In this document: positions 32,418 to 32,812 of the stretch, piece after piece
Layout of the letters: each line of letters begins with the position of its first letter
How positions within the stretch are numbered: position 1 is the first letter of the stretch
Source: Octopus bimaculoides
Lineage: Eukaryota
NCBI RefSeq assembly: GCF_001194135.2
Contig: NC_068992.1
Location: 43,934,049 to 43,966,860, forward strand
DNA: 32,812 bases
Direction of reading: 5' to 3'
Translations under genes and position numbers: made by a program
Notes under the pieces: generated by a model
Seen by the model: the letters and a program-made list of their open reading frames with translations, nothing else
Told to the model about the DNA's origin: nothing
Database searches by the model: none

Positions 32418-32812
32418 ATTATTATTATTTTATGTTTGACTTTTGTTTTGCATTTGTACAAGTTGGATCCAAGTCTCATCCAGAGACCTCAAGAGACAAG
32501 TTAGAAGTTCATGTAGGTGTTATGCCTAGGGTACCATATATTTGGATTTGTACAGTTTTGTTCTAGTGAATGTTTAAGAAACCATAAGAAAATTATGTGT
32601 TTGTTTTAAAATTTGAGATCACATAGACAGTATTTTACGTAGGATATGGGCAGTTCCCATGAGCACTATCTTTTGAACTTCAGCCATTTTGGGGTTTCCT
32701 GGTATCTGAGCTAGGTAGTAATCAGCCCGTTTCGCTGTCATTCCCAGGGCACCTATGACAATAAGTATTGTTTTCGTCTTCAGATTCCACATTTTGCTAA
32801 TTTCTATTTCAA
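32418..32812 (-). mobile_element. R4/Dong-like non-LTR retrotransposon 3' end (restriction-like endonuclease C-terminus, 3'UTR, (TAA)n tail); runs off the window
   Basis: Minus frame 32812-32619: EIEISKMWNLKTKTILIVIGALGMTAKRADYYLAQIPGNPKMAEVQKIVLMGTAHILRKILSM*. AATAATAAT tail at ~32418-32429. Confidence 0.75.

Noticed and set aside
1-32812. CRISPR array, rRNA or prokaryotic operon/contamination
   Set aside because: No regularly spaced repeat-spacer units or rRNA motifs; all genes have spliceosomal introns and metazoan features.

Overview
AT-rich eukaryotic genomic DNA with spliceosomal introns, microsatellites and two N gaps. The SINE and RTE repeat families look like those of an octopod cephalopod (inference from recognising the repeats). 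Four multi-exon genes were assembled by hand from GT-AG boundaries and phase continuity: (1) ADAL/MAPDA (+, 904-7640, first coding exon not found); (2) NGLY1 peptide:N-glycanase (-, 17725-9675, 5 coding exons, 627 aa); (3) BNIP1/SEC20 (+, 18344-23193), head-to-head with NGLY1; (4) the 5' part of a neprilysin/M13-family type II membrane peptidase with a ~408-aa mucin-like stalk (+, ~26931 to at least 31308). The rest is decayed mobile DNA: tRNA-derived SINEs, RTE and CR1/L2-like LINE fragments, a mariner deletion derivative, a deleted Ty3/Gypsy element abutting a Penelope-like RT fragment, and an R4/Dong-like 3' end. There is no CRISPR array or prokaryotic system. The best leads are an ADAL with altered active-site motifs (TDG for TDD, HINAA for HLNGS), the mucin-stalked divergent M13 peptidase, extra phase-0 exons in BNIP1, a compact NGLY1/BNIP1 bidirectional promoter, and several intronic fold-back structures that could be dsRNA/ADAR substrates.
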